A stretch of DNA of 64,000 nt. It comes from Nitrospirales bacterium (lineage in GTDB: Bacteria > Nitrospirota > Nitrospiria > Nitrospirales > UBA8639). The notes under the pieces were generated by a model. That model ran no database searches, was not told where the DNA came from, and saw only the letters and a program-made list of their open reading frames with translations. Shown piece by piece: positions 52,645 through 62,678 of this stretch. Numbering within the stretch: position 1 is the stretch's first letter; every line of letters starts with the position of its first letter. A program made the translations under genes and the position numbers. The stretch is taken from positions 864,001-928,000 of the forward strand of contig CBDCWC010000003.1 in assembly GCA_965223295.1 (NCBI GenBank). The letters are read 5' to 3'.

Positions 52645-53226
52645 ATGATTAAATATAGGGTATGCCTTATTGGTGCAACTGCGGTAGGAAAAACAGCTAT
52701 TTTTCATAGGCTATTAACAGGATACTTTGATCCGAATTATGTTACGACTATTGGAGTAGCTACAGATGAGTACATCTATAAAGATGAGGAAACGGAAGTC
52801 CATTTAAATTTAATTGATACAGAAGGTCACGATGGTTTTCAGGCGCTTAGGTTAGACCACCTTAAAGATTCACATGGGTATTTTTTAGTTATCGATGGAA
52901 CTCGTATTGAGACGCTCGAGATTGCAACCCTACTCCTCGAAAAGGCAAAAAACTTACTTGGAAATGCAGTGCCTTTTGTGTGTTTGATGAATAAGTATGA
53001 TCTAAGAAATCTTTGGAAGATAGATGAAAAGACGGTGAATATCCTGAAGAAAGAAGGATGGGATATATTTGAAACCAGTGCGAAATCTGGGGAAGGATTA
53101 GTAAAAGCCATGAGAGCTTTGGTGAAAGAAATTATACACAGCATGGCATTGGCAAAAAACCATGGTGAGGTGGTGGACCCTGTCAAGGCTTCAATGGAAA
53201 AAATGATTAGAGAGCTGGATTCATAA
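52645..53226 (+). CDS. Rab/Ras-like small GTPase
   Basis: G1 GATAVGKT, G2 TTIG, G3 DTEG, G4 NKYD, G5 TSAK. Confidence 0.92.
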   Translation: MIKYRVCLIGATAVGKTAIFHRLLTGYFDPNYVTTIGVATDEYIYKDEETEVHLNLIDTEGHDGFQALRLDHLKDSHGYFLVIDGTRIETLEIATLLLEKAKNLLGNAVPFVCLMNKYDLRNLWKIDEKTVNILKKEGWDIFETSAKSGEGLVKAMRALVKEIIHSMALAKNHGEVVDPVKASMEKMIRELDS

Positions 53227-53457
53227 ACTACAAGACAGTACTAGCTTTTCAAAGCAAGTGGGGTGGGAACTTCGGGAAAGCACAGAAGTGGAACACAAAA
53301 AAGCAATGCAGCGCGTTTTCTCCCTTATATGAAAATTTCCAATATTCTAAAGAACGTCGCATGTTCGAGAAAGGACAGAGTAGCCTGTCGGATAAAATTG
53401 AAAACAGAAGATTTCGAACACCAATAGTCACTTTCTTGGTAAAGAGTGATTCACTGT

Positions 53458-54687
53458 ATGGAAGAATCTGATACAAAATCTCACATCATATTTAATCTGT
53501 CAGACGACATCTTCCCAGACTTAGACCTTCTCTCCCTCAAGTGGGTTGATCCCCCCGGCATTCTGCAGGTTGTTGGGAAAGTTCCTCAATGGCTATCTTC
53601 GTTTCAAATAGATCCTCATCATAATTTTTCACCCCTACAATTTATACAGCAATCGCATCTCCTTAAACATGCTTTCGCGAGGGCGCAAGAGTTCTGGAAT
53701 CGGCAAGAAGATGGCCAATGGAGGTCCGGTCCGCTGCAGGAACCCAAATTCATGGGAAGTAATATGCGCCTAGAAGCTACTGCCTTTCTCATTGGGCAAG
53801 AAAAATTTCTCCATATCAAAAAGTTGGGTTGGGAGTTTGACGAACTTCGGCGTGGAAGACAACAGCAGAGGGAAGCACTTCTCTTAAAGAGAAGTGAACC
53901 CGAGAAAGTTGAATTAAAATATTACGATGGACCTGATTTAATCGGGAAAAGTCCATCGATGCAAAATATCTATTCTCAAATCAAGGAAATTGCTTTTGGA
54001 GGGAAAACGATTTTGATTGAGGGTGAGCCTGGCACTGAGAAAGAATTGGTAGCGCGGGCCATTCATTCCGCAGGTCCTCGCAAAAAAGCTCCCTTTATCC
54101 TGTCAAAACCTGAAGATTTTTTAAAGAGAGGCTTAAAAGCCAGACAGTCAGACTCTACAGAAATGTTACAAGAGAAGTGGTCGCTTCACGATTTAATATG
54201 CGTCAAAAAAGCTAAAGAAGGGACTCTTTTCGTAAAATCCTTTGAAAAAATTTTGGAGAATGATGATAAAATTTTTTCTCGAGAAATTTTTCCGGGGATG
54301 AAAGCAAAACGATCAGAGAGTATTGCCGAAACTCCACATGTTCTGCAATGGGTTTTGGCGGTCAACTGCCCTCTCAAAAAGTTAGTGGCTAAAAACTTTC
54401 TTGATCTCGATATTCTCTGTCAAACAAGTATTAACTGGCTCCAAATCCCCGCCCTAAGATACCGGAAGGAAGATATCCCTCTCCTCTGTACACAATTTTT
54501 AGCCCACCGTCGTGTCAGGACCGGAAAGTGGAGGATTCAAGAAATAGAAGAAAATGCTTTAGATCGACTCTGTGCCTACGAATGGCCTGGCAATGTGGAT
54601 GAACTGAAACAAGCGCTTTACCAAGCATTCGATCAATGTAGAGGGGAGAAAATTCAAGTAGACGATCTTCCCTCCACTGTCATCTGA
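53458..54687 (+). CDS. Degenerate sigma54-activator-type AAA+ protein with N-terminal sensor-like domain
   Basis: LIGKSPSM, GEPGTEKELVARAIH, PALRYRKEDIP, YEWPGNV; no GAFTGA and no HTH. Confidence 0.8.
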   Translation: MEESDTKSHIIFNLSDDIFPDLDLLSLKWVDPPGILQVVGKVPQWLSSFQIDPHHNFSPLQFIQQSHLLKHAFARAQEFWNRQEDGQWRSGPLQEPKFMGSNMRLEATAFLIGQEKFLHIKKLGWEFDELRRGRQQQREALLLKRSEPEKVELKYYDGPDLIGKSPSMQNIYSQIKEIAFGGKTILIEGEPGTEKELVARAIHSAGPRKKAPFILSKPEDFLKRGLKARQSDSTEMLQEKWSLHDLICVKKAKEGTLFVKSFEKILENDDKIFSREIFPGMKAKRSESIAETPHVLQWVLAVNCPLKKLVAKNFLDLDILCQTSINWLQIPALRYRKEDIPLLCTQFLAHRRVRTGKWRIQEIEENALDRLCAYEWPGNVDELKQALYQAFDQCRGEKIQVDDLPSTVI

Positions 54688-54722
54688 ACCGGTTCAACGA
54701 ACGCTAAAAATATTTCGAAATT

Positions 54723-54758
54723 AAAAAAGTGCGAGGCCCCAAAAACCTCGCCCTTTTA
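54723..54758. terminator. Probable bidirectional terminator
   Basis: A run, GCGAGG...CCTCGC stem, then T run, between convergent genes. Confidence 0.55.
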
Positions 54759-54779
54759 ATACAAACCTTGGCGCTTTGG

Positions 54780-55091
54780 TTAGAACCGGTTGCCCCGGCC
54801 ACCTCTATCTCCACCACCATAGCCACCACCGCCTGTCCGGGGAGCTTGGGGCCTGGCTTCATTCACCGTTAATGTTCGGCCACCAAACTCCGTTGAGTTG
54901 AGGGCGGAAATGGCCGCTTGCGCTTCTTCGTTAGACGACATTTCGACAAATCCAAATCCGCGTGATTGGCCTGTGAATTTGTCACTAATGACGTTGGCCG
55001 ATTGGACCGTTCCGTGTGACGAAAACAGATCCGTTAATTCAACTTGTGTTGCCGAGTATGGCAATCCACCGACATACAATTTTGAACCCAT
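54780..55091 (-). CDS. RRM RNA-binding protein with Gly-rich tail
   Basis: RNP2 LYVGGL and RNP1 RGFGFVEM. Confidence 0.95.
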   Translation of the reverse strand: MGSKLYVGGLPYSATQVELTDLFSSHGTVQSANVISDKFTGQSRGFGFVEMSSNEEAQAAISALNSTEFGGRTLTVNEARPQAPRTGGGGYGGGDRGGRGNRF

Positions 55092-55450
55092 GGGGCTCCT
55101 CCTTGTGAAAAAATGATAGTGTCTAAGGCTCGAGAAGAGTAAACCATTAGGAAGGAGTAGTCCGCGGAAGCAAGATTCAGGCGACTGAGGTTAAATACTT
55201 CCGAGTATTTTCTCGGGCAAAACAACACCGATGATGGGCTTTGAACAGTTCATGGCGTATCACCAAAGCCCCATATGATAAGCTGGGTGAGCCTAGCATA
55301 CGAAAAGAATAATAGATAGCAGATTTCACGAGAAGCCAAAGAATTCATTCACCCGGTCAATATCCTTGCCCTCGATATAGAGACCTTGAATAGCGGGACC
55401 AACCAGTACGCAAATCTATGTTCTTGATGGTATAAATGAAAGAATGAGGA

Positions 55451-57094
55451 TTAGCTGTGATTGTGCCACTTTCGCCCATCTTTGGCTAACAAGGCATCGG
55501 CTTCAGATGGGCCCCAAGACCCTGCGGCGTAATTATGGATGGCATGAGTTCCCAAGCTATCCCAGACTTTGAGAATGGGATCCACGACGCTCCAGCCTAA
55601 CTCGACATTATCGCTGCGTTGAAAGAGCGTGGCATCTCCTGCCATCACATCGTGCAACAGTGTTTCATAGCCAGTACTCGGAGCATCACCAAAGTATTTG
55701 GCATATTGAAAATCCATGTCCACATTTCCCACTTGCACTTGCGGACCAGGAATCTTCGCACCGAAACTTAATGAAATGCCTTCATCGGGTTGGACACGAA
55801 TGACTAGAACATTCGGCGTCAACCGATCGACTGGGGTATTGCGAAACAACATGAGTGGGGCTGACTTGAATTGAATGACAATTTCTGTGACCCGTTTATT
55901 CATTCGTTTTCCTGTCCTGAGATAAAACGGGACCCCTTCCCAGCGCCAACTTTCGATAAATAACGTCATGGCGGTGTAGGTTTCTCTAAGAGAATTTGGG
56001 GAGACATTCTCTTCAGACCGATATGGAGGAACGTGGTGCCCATTGCACAAGCCTTCCACGTATTGGCCAGCGACCGTAGAATGTAAGACATTCACAGGAT
56101 TCATGGGTTGAATGGCACGAAGCAGTTTGGCCTTTTCATTACGCACCGCTTCAGCATCAAACTCATTCGGAGGTTCCATTGCCACGTAAGCCAAAAGCTG
56201 CAGTAAATGATTGGGCACCATGTCCCGCAAGGCACCTGATTTATCGTAATAAGCCCCACGATGTTCAACCCCTAACGTTTCAGCCACGGTAATTTGCACA
56301 TGGTCAATATATTGTCGATTCCAGATTGGCTCAAAAATACCGTTGGCAAATCGAAAGACCAAGATATTCTGGACGGTCTCTTTTCCTAAATAGTGATCGA
56401 TGCGATAAATCTGACTTTCGTCTAAGACGGCTCGTAACGTCTGGTTCAAGGATTGAGACGACGCCAAATCATGTCCAAAAGGTTTTTCGATCACAATGCG
56501 TCGAGAATATTCTTTCTCATGCTTGACTAATCCTTTAGCGCTCAGTTGTTCGGAAATTTCTCCAAAAAATGCGGGAGCGGTGGCCAGATAGTAGAGAAAA
56601 TTCCCACAGGTACCATATCGCCCGTTTAACTCTGTGAGCGTGTCATGTAGCAGCTGGTAAGTTTGGGGGTCCCGAAAATCTCCCGATAGGTAATACAACC
56701 GGTCAAGCAGCCATTCTTTGATTGTGGGATCAATAGACCGAATTGAAAGCTCCTGAATATCGCGACTTATTTTTATCCGAAAGTCTTCGGTATTCATCGC
56801 AATACCATCGACTCCCAAAACAGCAAATTCTTGTGGAAGATGCCCGCTAGCGGCCAAATTATAAAGGGCCGGAATCAACTTACGTTTCGTCAAGTCTCCT
56901 TGCGCACCAAAAATAACAAACAACGTGGGCGGTCTTGTCTTCCCGTTGTTATGTTGTTGAAAAAGGAAGTTGTGCTTTTGATGAATGTCTGACCCTGTAT
57001 CTCCAAAGAACTCGTCTGCCGATGAAGGAAGCTCCATAGAAAACCCAGGTTGATTTGATGATTCTAAGGAAATTTTTTTTTGCGGTATATCCAT
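55451..57094 (-). CDS. zwf: Glucose-6-phosphate 1-dehydrogenase
   Basis: [36 protein letters not shown]. Confidence 0.96.
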   Translation of the reverse strand: MDIPQKKISLESSNQPGFSMELPSSADEFFGDTGSDIHQKHNFLFQQHNNGKTRPPTLFVIFGAQGDLTKRKLIPALYNLAASGHLPQEFAVLGVDGIAMNTEDFRIKISRDIQELSIRSIDPTIKEWLLDRLYYLSGDFRDPQTYQLLHDTLTELNGRYGTCGNFLYYLATAPAFFGEISEQLSAKGLVKHEKEYSRRIVIEKPFGHDLASSQSLNQTLRAVLDESQIYRIDHYLGKETVQNILVFRFANGIFEPIWNRQYIDHVQITVAETLGVEHRGAYYDKSGALRDMVPNHLLQLLAYVAMEPPNEFDAEAVRNEKAKLLRAIQPMNPVNVLHSTVAGQYVEGLCNGHHVPPYRSEENVSPNSLRETYTAMTLFIESWRWEGVPFYLRTGKRMNKRVTEIVIQFKSAPLMLFRNTPVDRLTPNVLVIRVQPDEGISLSFGAKIPGPQVQVGNVDMDFQYAKYFGDAPSTGYETLLHDVMAGDATLFQRSDNVELGWSVVDPILKVWDSLGTHAIHNYAAGSWGPSEADALLAKDGRKWHNHS

Positions 57095-57128
57095 CAGCTC
57101 CCCAATTTTTCTTAGTTAGAAATGAAGA

Positions 57129-57154
57129 GGGCCTCAGCCGGGAACCTGAGGCCC
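57129..57154. terminator. Stem-loop downstream of the cupredoxin-like gene
   Basis: GGGCCTCAG-N8-CTGAGGCCC; weak U tract. Confidence 0.5.
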
Positions 57155-57179
57155 AACACAGCAAACCAGCTTGAAGGTA

Positions 57180-57629
57180 TTATACCACTTGCATCACTAA
57201 ATTGTTTAAATGTTCCATTCCAATACAGTCGAGAATGCAATAAGCACGATATTGAGAACCTTCTTTACCAATTTGAAAGGCGATGCTGGTTTTTTGACTA
57301 AACATCCAGATCTTTTCTGACTCCTTGGTCCATCCATCTCCCGTTATGGCCACTTGATGAGTATCGCCATAAGCCAGGCTAGCCATTTTTTCATCAAACA
57401 CAAAATTGATGCGGACAACTTTGCCTTGAGGTAACTGAAGCACATGTTTTGGACCATAAACTTTGCCGTTTTTATCCAGGAATCCCTGCTGATTGACTCG
57501 AACAGTTAATTCGAGATCAATTTGTTGAGATGTTGATGATGAGGCTAACGCCATTGGAAGCGAGACAAGACTCGTTGAAAATGTCAGGACCGTAGCCAAT
57601 GCGAAGATCTTACAGAAGTCTTTAATCAT
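57180..57629 (-). CDS. Exported cupredoxin-like protein (putative)
   Basis: AAGGAG RBS, signal peptide, DTHQ...YCILDCIGMEHL resembling a CuA ligand loop. Confidence 0.55.
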   Translation of the reverse strand: MIKDFCKIFALATVLTFSTSLVSLPMALASSSTSQQIDLELTVRVNQQGFLDKNGKVYGPKHVLQLPQGKVVRINFVFDEKMASLAYGDTHQVAITGDGWTKESEKIWMFSQKTSIAFQIGKEGSQYRAYCILDCIGMEHLNNLVMQVV

Positions 57630-57699
57630 GTGAAATTCTCCTTTAGAAAAGTGTCTAATGTTTATTCGTGATTGATAGACCTGTTCTCCTAGGATGGTC

Positions 57700-57972
57700 T
57701 TACCCAATCACATTTGGGCCGATGGCGCTGAGTTCATCTTGATGCTGACGAATGGTTTGCTTGTGAATCTGCTGTGCCTCTTGCGTATGAATACATTTTT
57801 GTTCGCAGGTTTCAACAGGAGTGTTTGGGGAGCAGTCGGAGCACCTCGTTGCTTCAAGGCCGCCATGCTCGGCGCCACGAAATACGTTAACTTCAAAAGT
57901 GACCTCACAGTTTTTCTGTGACACTGGACATTCCAGTAAGGTCTTGCTCTGTGGAACATGCTGTTTCATCAT
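57700..57972 (-). CDS. Small Cys-rich hypothetical protein
   Basis: ECPVS...RCSDCS...TCEQKCIH; AAGGAA RBS. Confidence 0.65.
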   Translation of the reverse strand: MMKQHVPQSKTLLECPVSQKNCEVTFEVNVFRGAEHGGLEATRCSDCSPNTPVETCEQKCIHTQEAQQIHKQTIRQHQDELSAIGPNVIG

Positions 57973-58003
57973 TGTTTCCTTTCTTTTATGATTAATGGGA
58001 GAT

Positions 58004-58020
58004 AAGCAATGTTCGTGCCT
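58004..58020 (-). promoter_or_regulatory. Sigma54 (-24/-12) promoter
   Basis: Minus strand AGGCACGAACATTGCTT (GG-N10-GC), about 30 bp before the ATG at 57972. Confidence 0.75.
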
Positions 58021-58165
58021 ATGACATTCACTATTTCGTCACCGCAAGATCTAAAAACCTTATAAAAAGATCAGGAAGCGAGCAGAAGGGCGGCGAAGAA
58101 GGTCCTCAGAGGATAGTAGGGATTTTCATTTCGAAAAACCCTATTGAAATAGGAGCTTCATCTCT

Positions 58166-58250
58166 CCTTCGGCAACCCGGCTGTCAGGAATTATTCAGGC
58201 CTGATCCGTGGTTTTGCGTCCCGTCTTTCAACGGTTAGCCTTTTCGGGAA
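58166..58250 (-). ncRNA. c-di-GMP-I (GEMM) riboswitch aptamer
   Basis: Minus strand CGAAAAGGCTAACCGTTGAAAGACGGGACGCAAAACCACGGATC...GACAGCCGGGTTGCCGAA, matching the GEMM-I consensus. Confidence 0.88.
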
Positions 58251-58715
58251 AGAAGGTTCGTTGTCGGTGTTAGACTAAACGAATATCGTATAGAGACAGG
58301 GATATATCGGAAATTACCCGAAAAACTTGATACACCTGTAAAAAAGAACAAGTCGAAGGAATTGAGCATTTCTAGTATTGTCATTCATTTCTATATAGAC
58401 ATTGCTATTCATGCCTTTCCCATAACGTGGAGTACTGTACTTTTAAAGGCCAACTACCGATCAAGTCAGCATTGTTCCAAGAGAAAGCCTACATACTGAA
58501 AGCTCACAAAACCTTCCTGATTTTCTCTTCAAGGGCTAAAGCTTCTATCAAATACATTCCCACAAGAACTACCTTCAATCTTTCGAACATACTCTCCTGC
58601 CCTCATTTTACCCAAGACAGAAATCTGCCCTAAGGCATACCCTAGATTTCCTTTAAGGTTTAGTCGCAATCCCGTACAATACTTTGGCTAGAGATTCTTT
58701 AAGAGAACCACAATC

Positions 58716-59636
58716 ATGAAGAAATTAGTGAGTTTATCTAAACGAACTAGGGTCCTTGTCCATGGTGGGGCTGGAGGAAGGCAGTCAACTACCGCTCAAA
58801 GAAAATGTATCTCTGACACACTCACGTTAGGGATGAAATTATTGCAAAAGGGGCAGTCGGCTTTAGATGCTGTAGAGATGATGATTCAGTACCTTGAAGT
58901 GTCTGGGCGCTTTAACGCCGGGATCGGTTCAAAGCAACAACTTGACGGATGCCAAAGAATGGATGCAGCCTTGATGGAAGGAGCCCTTCTACAAGCTGGC
59001 GCTGTTGCTGGATTGGAAGGTATCTGTCATCCAATTTCAGCGGCGCGCGTGGTATTGGAAAAAACCGACCATGTACTAGTCATCAGCTCACATGCTTCGA
59101 TGCTTGCCCAACACTTCGGTCTTGAACGAGTAGAAAATTCAAGAAAACCCCAAAGGCAACATCGAGCAAGTGTCATTCAAACGAAAAATGCTAAAACACT
59201 CGCCCTCTATAGAAGAATGGCTACATATGATACCGTTGGCGCTGTCGCACTTGATGAATGCGGAACACTCGCAGCAGGCGCATCGACAGGTGGAGTGTCG
59301 ATAATGCTACCGGGACGAGTCGGAGATTCCCCATTAATTGGGGCGGGAGTGTACGCAGATAATGAAGCCGGGGCTGTTTCCATGACTGGACTAGGTGAAG
59401 GCATCATACGACTAGCCATGGCCAAGCATATAGTGTTGGAGATGAAGAATGGTCAGACACCTTTAGTAGCCTCACGCAATGCGTTGAAATCGTTGGTGAA
59501 AAGAGTCCAAGGAGAAGCAGGTTGCCTCGTGCTTGGACCTAATGGACAGTTTGCCATACGTCATGTCACGCCCTATATGATCGCAGGACATTGGAATGGA
59601 AGAGGGAACCCATTTGTCGCAGACCGATTCGGATAA
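58716..59636 (+). CDS. iaaA: Isoaspartyl peptidase / plant-type L-asparaginase (Ntn hydrolase)
   Basis: VHGGAG, FNAGIG, D-TVGAVA cleavage site, STGG, PGRVGDSP. Confidence 0.92.
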   Translation: MKKLVSLSKRTRVLVHGGAGGRQSTTAQRKCISDTLTLGMKLLQKGQSALDAVEMMIQYLEVSGRFNAGIGSKQQLDGCQRMDAALMEGALLQAGAVAGLEGICHPISAARVVLEKTDHVLVISSHASMLAQHFGLERVENSRKPQRQHRASVIQTKNAKTLALYRRMATYDTVGAVALDECGTLAAGASTGGVSIMLPGRVGDSPLIGAGVYADNEAGAVSMTGLGEGIIRLAMAKHIVLEMKNGQTPLVASRNALKSLVKRVQGEAGCLVLGPNGQFAIRHVTPYMIAGHWNGRGNPFVADRFG

Positions 59637-59751
59637 GGACAGCCTTATAAAGAAAGAGGGCCCAAGATACATGATGCAAAACGCTTAAAAAACTTAGTAC
59701 AGTGCTTTTACCCTCGATTTCTGAGTTATTCAGGATTTATCATTAGATACG

Positions 59752-61215
59752 ATGGAATCGTATCCCGCTTTTATCATTCTGATCTGCGGACTTCTTCCTC
59801 TCTTTATGGGAGGGTTCGTTATCGTTGGGTGGTATATCCGTAATCCTTATTTAGTTCAGCTGCATCCGAAATTCGTTCCCATGCAATTTAACACTGCCCT
59901 GGGATTTCTGGTCTGCGGAATTGGGCTGTTGCTCTTGAGTTTCTCGGAGATCCAGGGGGTCAAAATCGCCAGTGCCTTTATTCTGATCGTCGGAGGGCTG
60001 ACCCTTTTTCAATATTTAACGCAGTTCGATTGTGGAATAGACCAGTTATTCATAAAACACCACATCACGGTTGGCACATCTCATCCAGGACGAATGGCTC
60101 CCAATACGGCGTTATGTTTTATCTTAACGGCCATGGCCTTTCTGGTGAGTGCCAGCCCACAACATTCAATCCACCAAATTCTGACTTCTGGAATATTAGG
60201 AGCGAGCATCTTTGCCTTCGGTGCTATTGCTTTAATGGGATACCTTTTACAGCTTCAACCAGCCTACGGATGGGGCTATCTCACCAAAATGGCCATTCCT
60301 ACGGCTCTTGGGTTTGGATGTGTCGGCATCGGCCTGCTGGTCTTCTCTTGTTGTGTTTGGCCACTCGATACCACGGTACAAGCAGAGATCACAGCGGTGG
60401 TGTTCTCCGTTGGGATTATGTTGGCTTCTCTTTTGACCTTAGCTGTCTACTACCTTCAACGAGACCGGCAACTGATGACGCAACTTGAGACCTCTCATCA
60501 ACGCCTTCAACAAGAAGTCACTGATCGACGAGAAGCCGAACAAACAGCCCAACGCTCCCGAGAAGAACTACGGAATTTGAGCAATCGGCTCCAATCAGTA
60601 CGAGAGGAAGAAAAAACCCATATTGCCCGTGAACTTCATGATGAGTTGGGACAAGCCCTCACTGTCCTCAAAATGGATCTCACATTCCTTGAAAAAGAAT
60701 TGGAAAACGATTCGAAGAAATGTCATGAGAAAATTCAAACTATGTCACATTTAGTCGATCAGACAGTTCACTCAGTACAGAGGATTTGTTTTCAACTACG
60801 CCCAAAAATCCTGGACCTTTTAGGACTCCAGGAGGCCATGGAGTGGCAGGCACAAGATTTTGAAAAACGCACAGGTATTCATTGTGCGAGGTCTTTTGAT
60901 CTTCAGCCGATCAAATTAGGGCTATCTCAAACAGTTGCCATTTTTCGCGTCTTTCAAGAAATCCTCTCTAACGTTGCACGGCATGCAAAAGCGACAGCTA
61001 TCCAAATACGGTTAGCTCATGAGCAAGCATTCATCGACTTAGTCGTGAAGGATAATGGAATCGGTATCACACCTCATCAGATTGAAGATTCTCAATCACT
61101 AGGACTGATTGGAATGCGAGAGCGGATCCTTAATTTGAGTGGCACCATGACCATCAAAGGTTGGACGAACCAGGGAACGGAAATTCACGTCAGAATACCT
61201 CGAAGAAACTCATGA
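59752..61215 (+). CDS. Membrane sensor histidine kinase (HisKA_3 type)
   Basis: Multi-TM N-terminus, IARELHDELGQ, QEILSNVARHA, DNGIG, GLIGMRER. Confidence 0.93.
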   Translation: MESYPAFIILICGLLPLFMGGFVIVGWYIRNPYLVQLHPKFVPMQFNTALGFLVCGIGLLLLSFSEIQGVKIASAFILIVGGLTLFQYLTQFDCGIDQLFIKHHITVGTSHPGRMAPNTALCFILTAMAFLVSASPQHSIHQILTSGILGASIFAFGAIALMGYLLQLQPAYGWGYLTKMAIPTALGFGCVGIGLLVFSCCVWPLDTTVQAEITAVVFSVGIMLASLLTLAVYYLQRDRQLMTQLETSHQRLQQEVTDRREAEQTAQRSREELRNLSNRLQSVREEEKTHIARELHDELGQALTVLKMDLTFLEKELENDSKKCHEKIQTMSHLVDQTVHSVQRICFQLRPKILDLLGLQEAMEWQAQDFEKRTGIHCARSFDLQPIKLGLSQTVAIFRVFQEILSNVARHAKATAIQIRLAHEQAFIDLVVKDNGIGITPHQIEDSQSLGLIGMRERILNLSGTMTIKGWTNQGTEIHVRIPRRNS

Positions 61216-61865
61216 ATACCATTGCTCGACAATCGATTCGAATTCTCATCGGCGATGACCATGCTGTCGTTCGCCAAGGGCTTAACGAAATCGTTTCTAA
61301 AACGTAGGACATAGTTGTTGCAGAAGAAGCAGCGACAGGGAAAGAAGTCCTAAGGAAATTGCGTACGACTGCCGTTGATGTTCTGGTGATGGATATGGAA
61401 ATGCCACAAAAAACCGGATGGGATGTCTTGCTTGAGCTCAAATGCACACATCCCAAATTGCCAGTTGTTATATTGAGCATTTATCCAGAGGAGCAGTTCG
61501 GCCTGCGATTTTTAAAAGCCGGCGCTTCAGGATATCTGTCAAAAACGAGCGCTCCTGAACAGATCGTAGAGACCATCCGCACGGTCGCACAGGGAGGGAA
61601 ATACGTCAGCCCTAGCCTAGCCAAACAGCTGATCATGAATTTAGATAACGATCCTTGCCCACTCGTCCATGAACGGCTTTCAGATCGAGAATTTCAAGTG
61701 TTTCGCATGATCGCTTCTGGCAAACCCACAAAAAATATCGCCGATGAGCTCTGTATAAGCGTCACTACCGTGAGTACTCACCGATCCCGCATTCTCGAAA
61801 AAATGCAAGTCCAAACGAATGCTGACTTAACACTCTATGCCAGCAAGCATGGGTTAATCAGCTAA
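61212..61865 (+). pseudogene. NarL/LuxR response regulator with in-frame TAG at codon 32
   Basis: MNT...ILIGDDHAVVRQGL...SKT*DIVV...VMDMEMP...LSDREFQV; TAG at 61305-61307; ATG overlaps the kinase stop. Confidence 0.88.
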
Positions 61866-62108
61866 GTCATTTTTCCACAGTTTTCAAAGCCAAAAAATCC
61901 TTGATACTCCTTCCAGTATCACATACTTAATCTTTTTGGTCTCTATTTGTCGAAGATATTCGACTCCCGATTCAACATGATTCTATAGGTAAGTTCCAAG
62001 TTCCATTAATATAAATTCCAGCCCAATACCTGTAATTTGAGTAATCGTGAGCAAGGGTAGTTTGTCATGCGATTATGACTCATGCCATTCATCAACACGG
62101 AGGACATC

Positions 62109-62612
62109 ATGAAACAACATCGATTTTCTACAAAAATGCTGTTGGGAATAGTTGGCGTAGGAATGTTTATTCAAGGATTACCATTATTAGCCTTCGCGGA
62201 CCCCTCTGATGCGGATATCAAAGAACAGTTTGGACCGGTCTTACGGTTAGAGGGAAAAGCTCGAAAAGAAATCAACGCCATCGCCAACATCCTTGGCCCT
62301 GGTTCGAAGATGATTCCGGTGGACGCAACCAAGGCCAGCGGTGAAATGTGCATGTTGGAGACTGTAAGTAAGCACAATATGGTCCATTTTTCACAGAATC
62401 CCCAACAAACTAAGGAAGACGTGGTATATTTCCTGAATCCTGCGACTTTTATCGAAAACGGACTTGATGTCACCAAGATGCCTCGCCATCCCCAGGAATT
62501 GGGAAAAATGGAGCCGTTGCAATGGTATTACTATGATGGAACTTATTATGAACCTCATCAAGGCAGCCAGTTAAACAAGGAATTTGTCATCATGGCTGTG
62601 GATGTCAAATAG
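62109..62612 (+). CDS. Exported hypothetical protein
   Basis: GGAGG RBS, signal peptide ending AFA. Confidence 0.75.
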   Translation: MKQHRFSTKMLLGIVGVGMFIQGLPLLAFADPSDADIKEQFGPVLRLEGKARKEINAIANILGPGSKMIPVDATKASGEMCMLETVSKHNMVHFSQNPQQTKEDVVYFLNPATFIENGLDVTKMPRHPQELGKMEPLQWYYYDGTYYEPHQGSQLNKEFVIMAVDVK

Positions 62613-62678
62613 GCCGTGAGCAAAGAGGGTCTGGGGAATTACAATGCGGATAGGTTAACTAATAATAAAGGAGAACGA

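Noticed and set aside
41565-54700. Integrative element with a tRNA 3'-end att duplication
   Set aside because: No second copy of the tRNA 3' end and no integrase were found here; island status rests only on content and apparent AT richness.
57708-57959. Alternative 83-aa minus-strand ORF
   Set aside because: Overlaps 57700-57972, which has the better RBS and a coherent Cys pattern.
61305-61307. Pyrrolysine or recoded TAG
   Set aside because: TAG is used as a normal stop elsewhere in the window and no pyl genes are seen; a nonsense mutation or base-call error is simpler.
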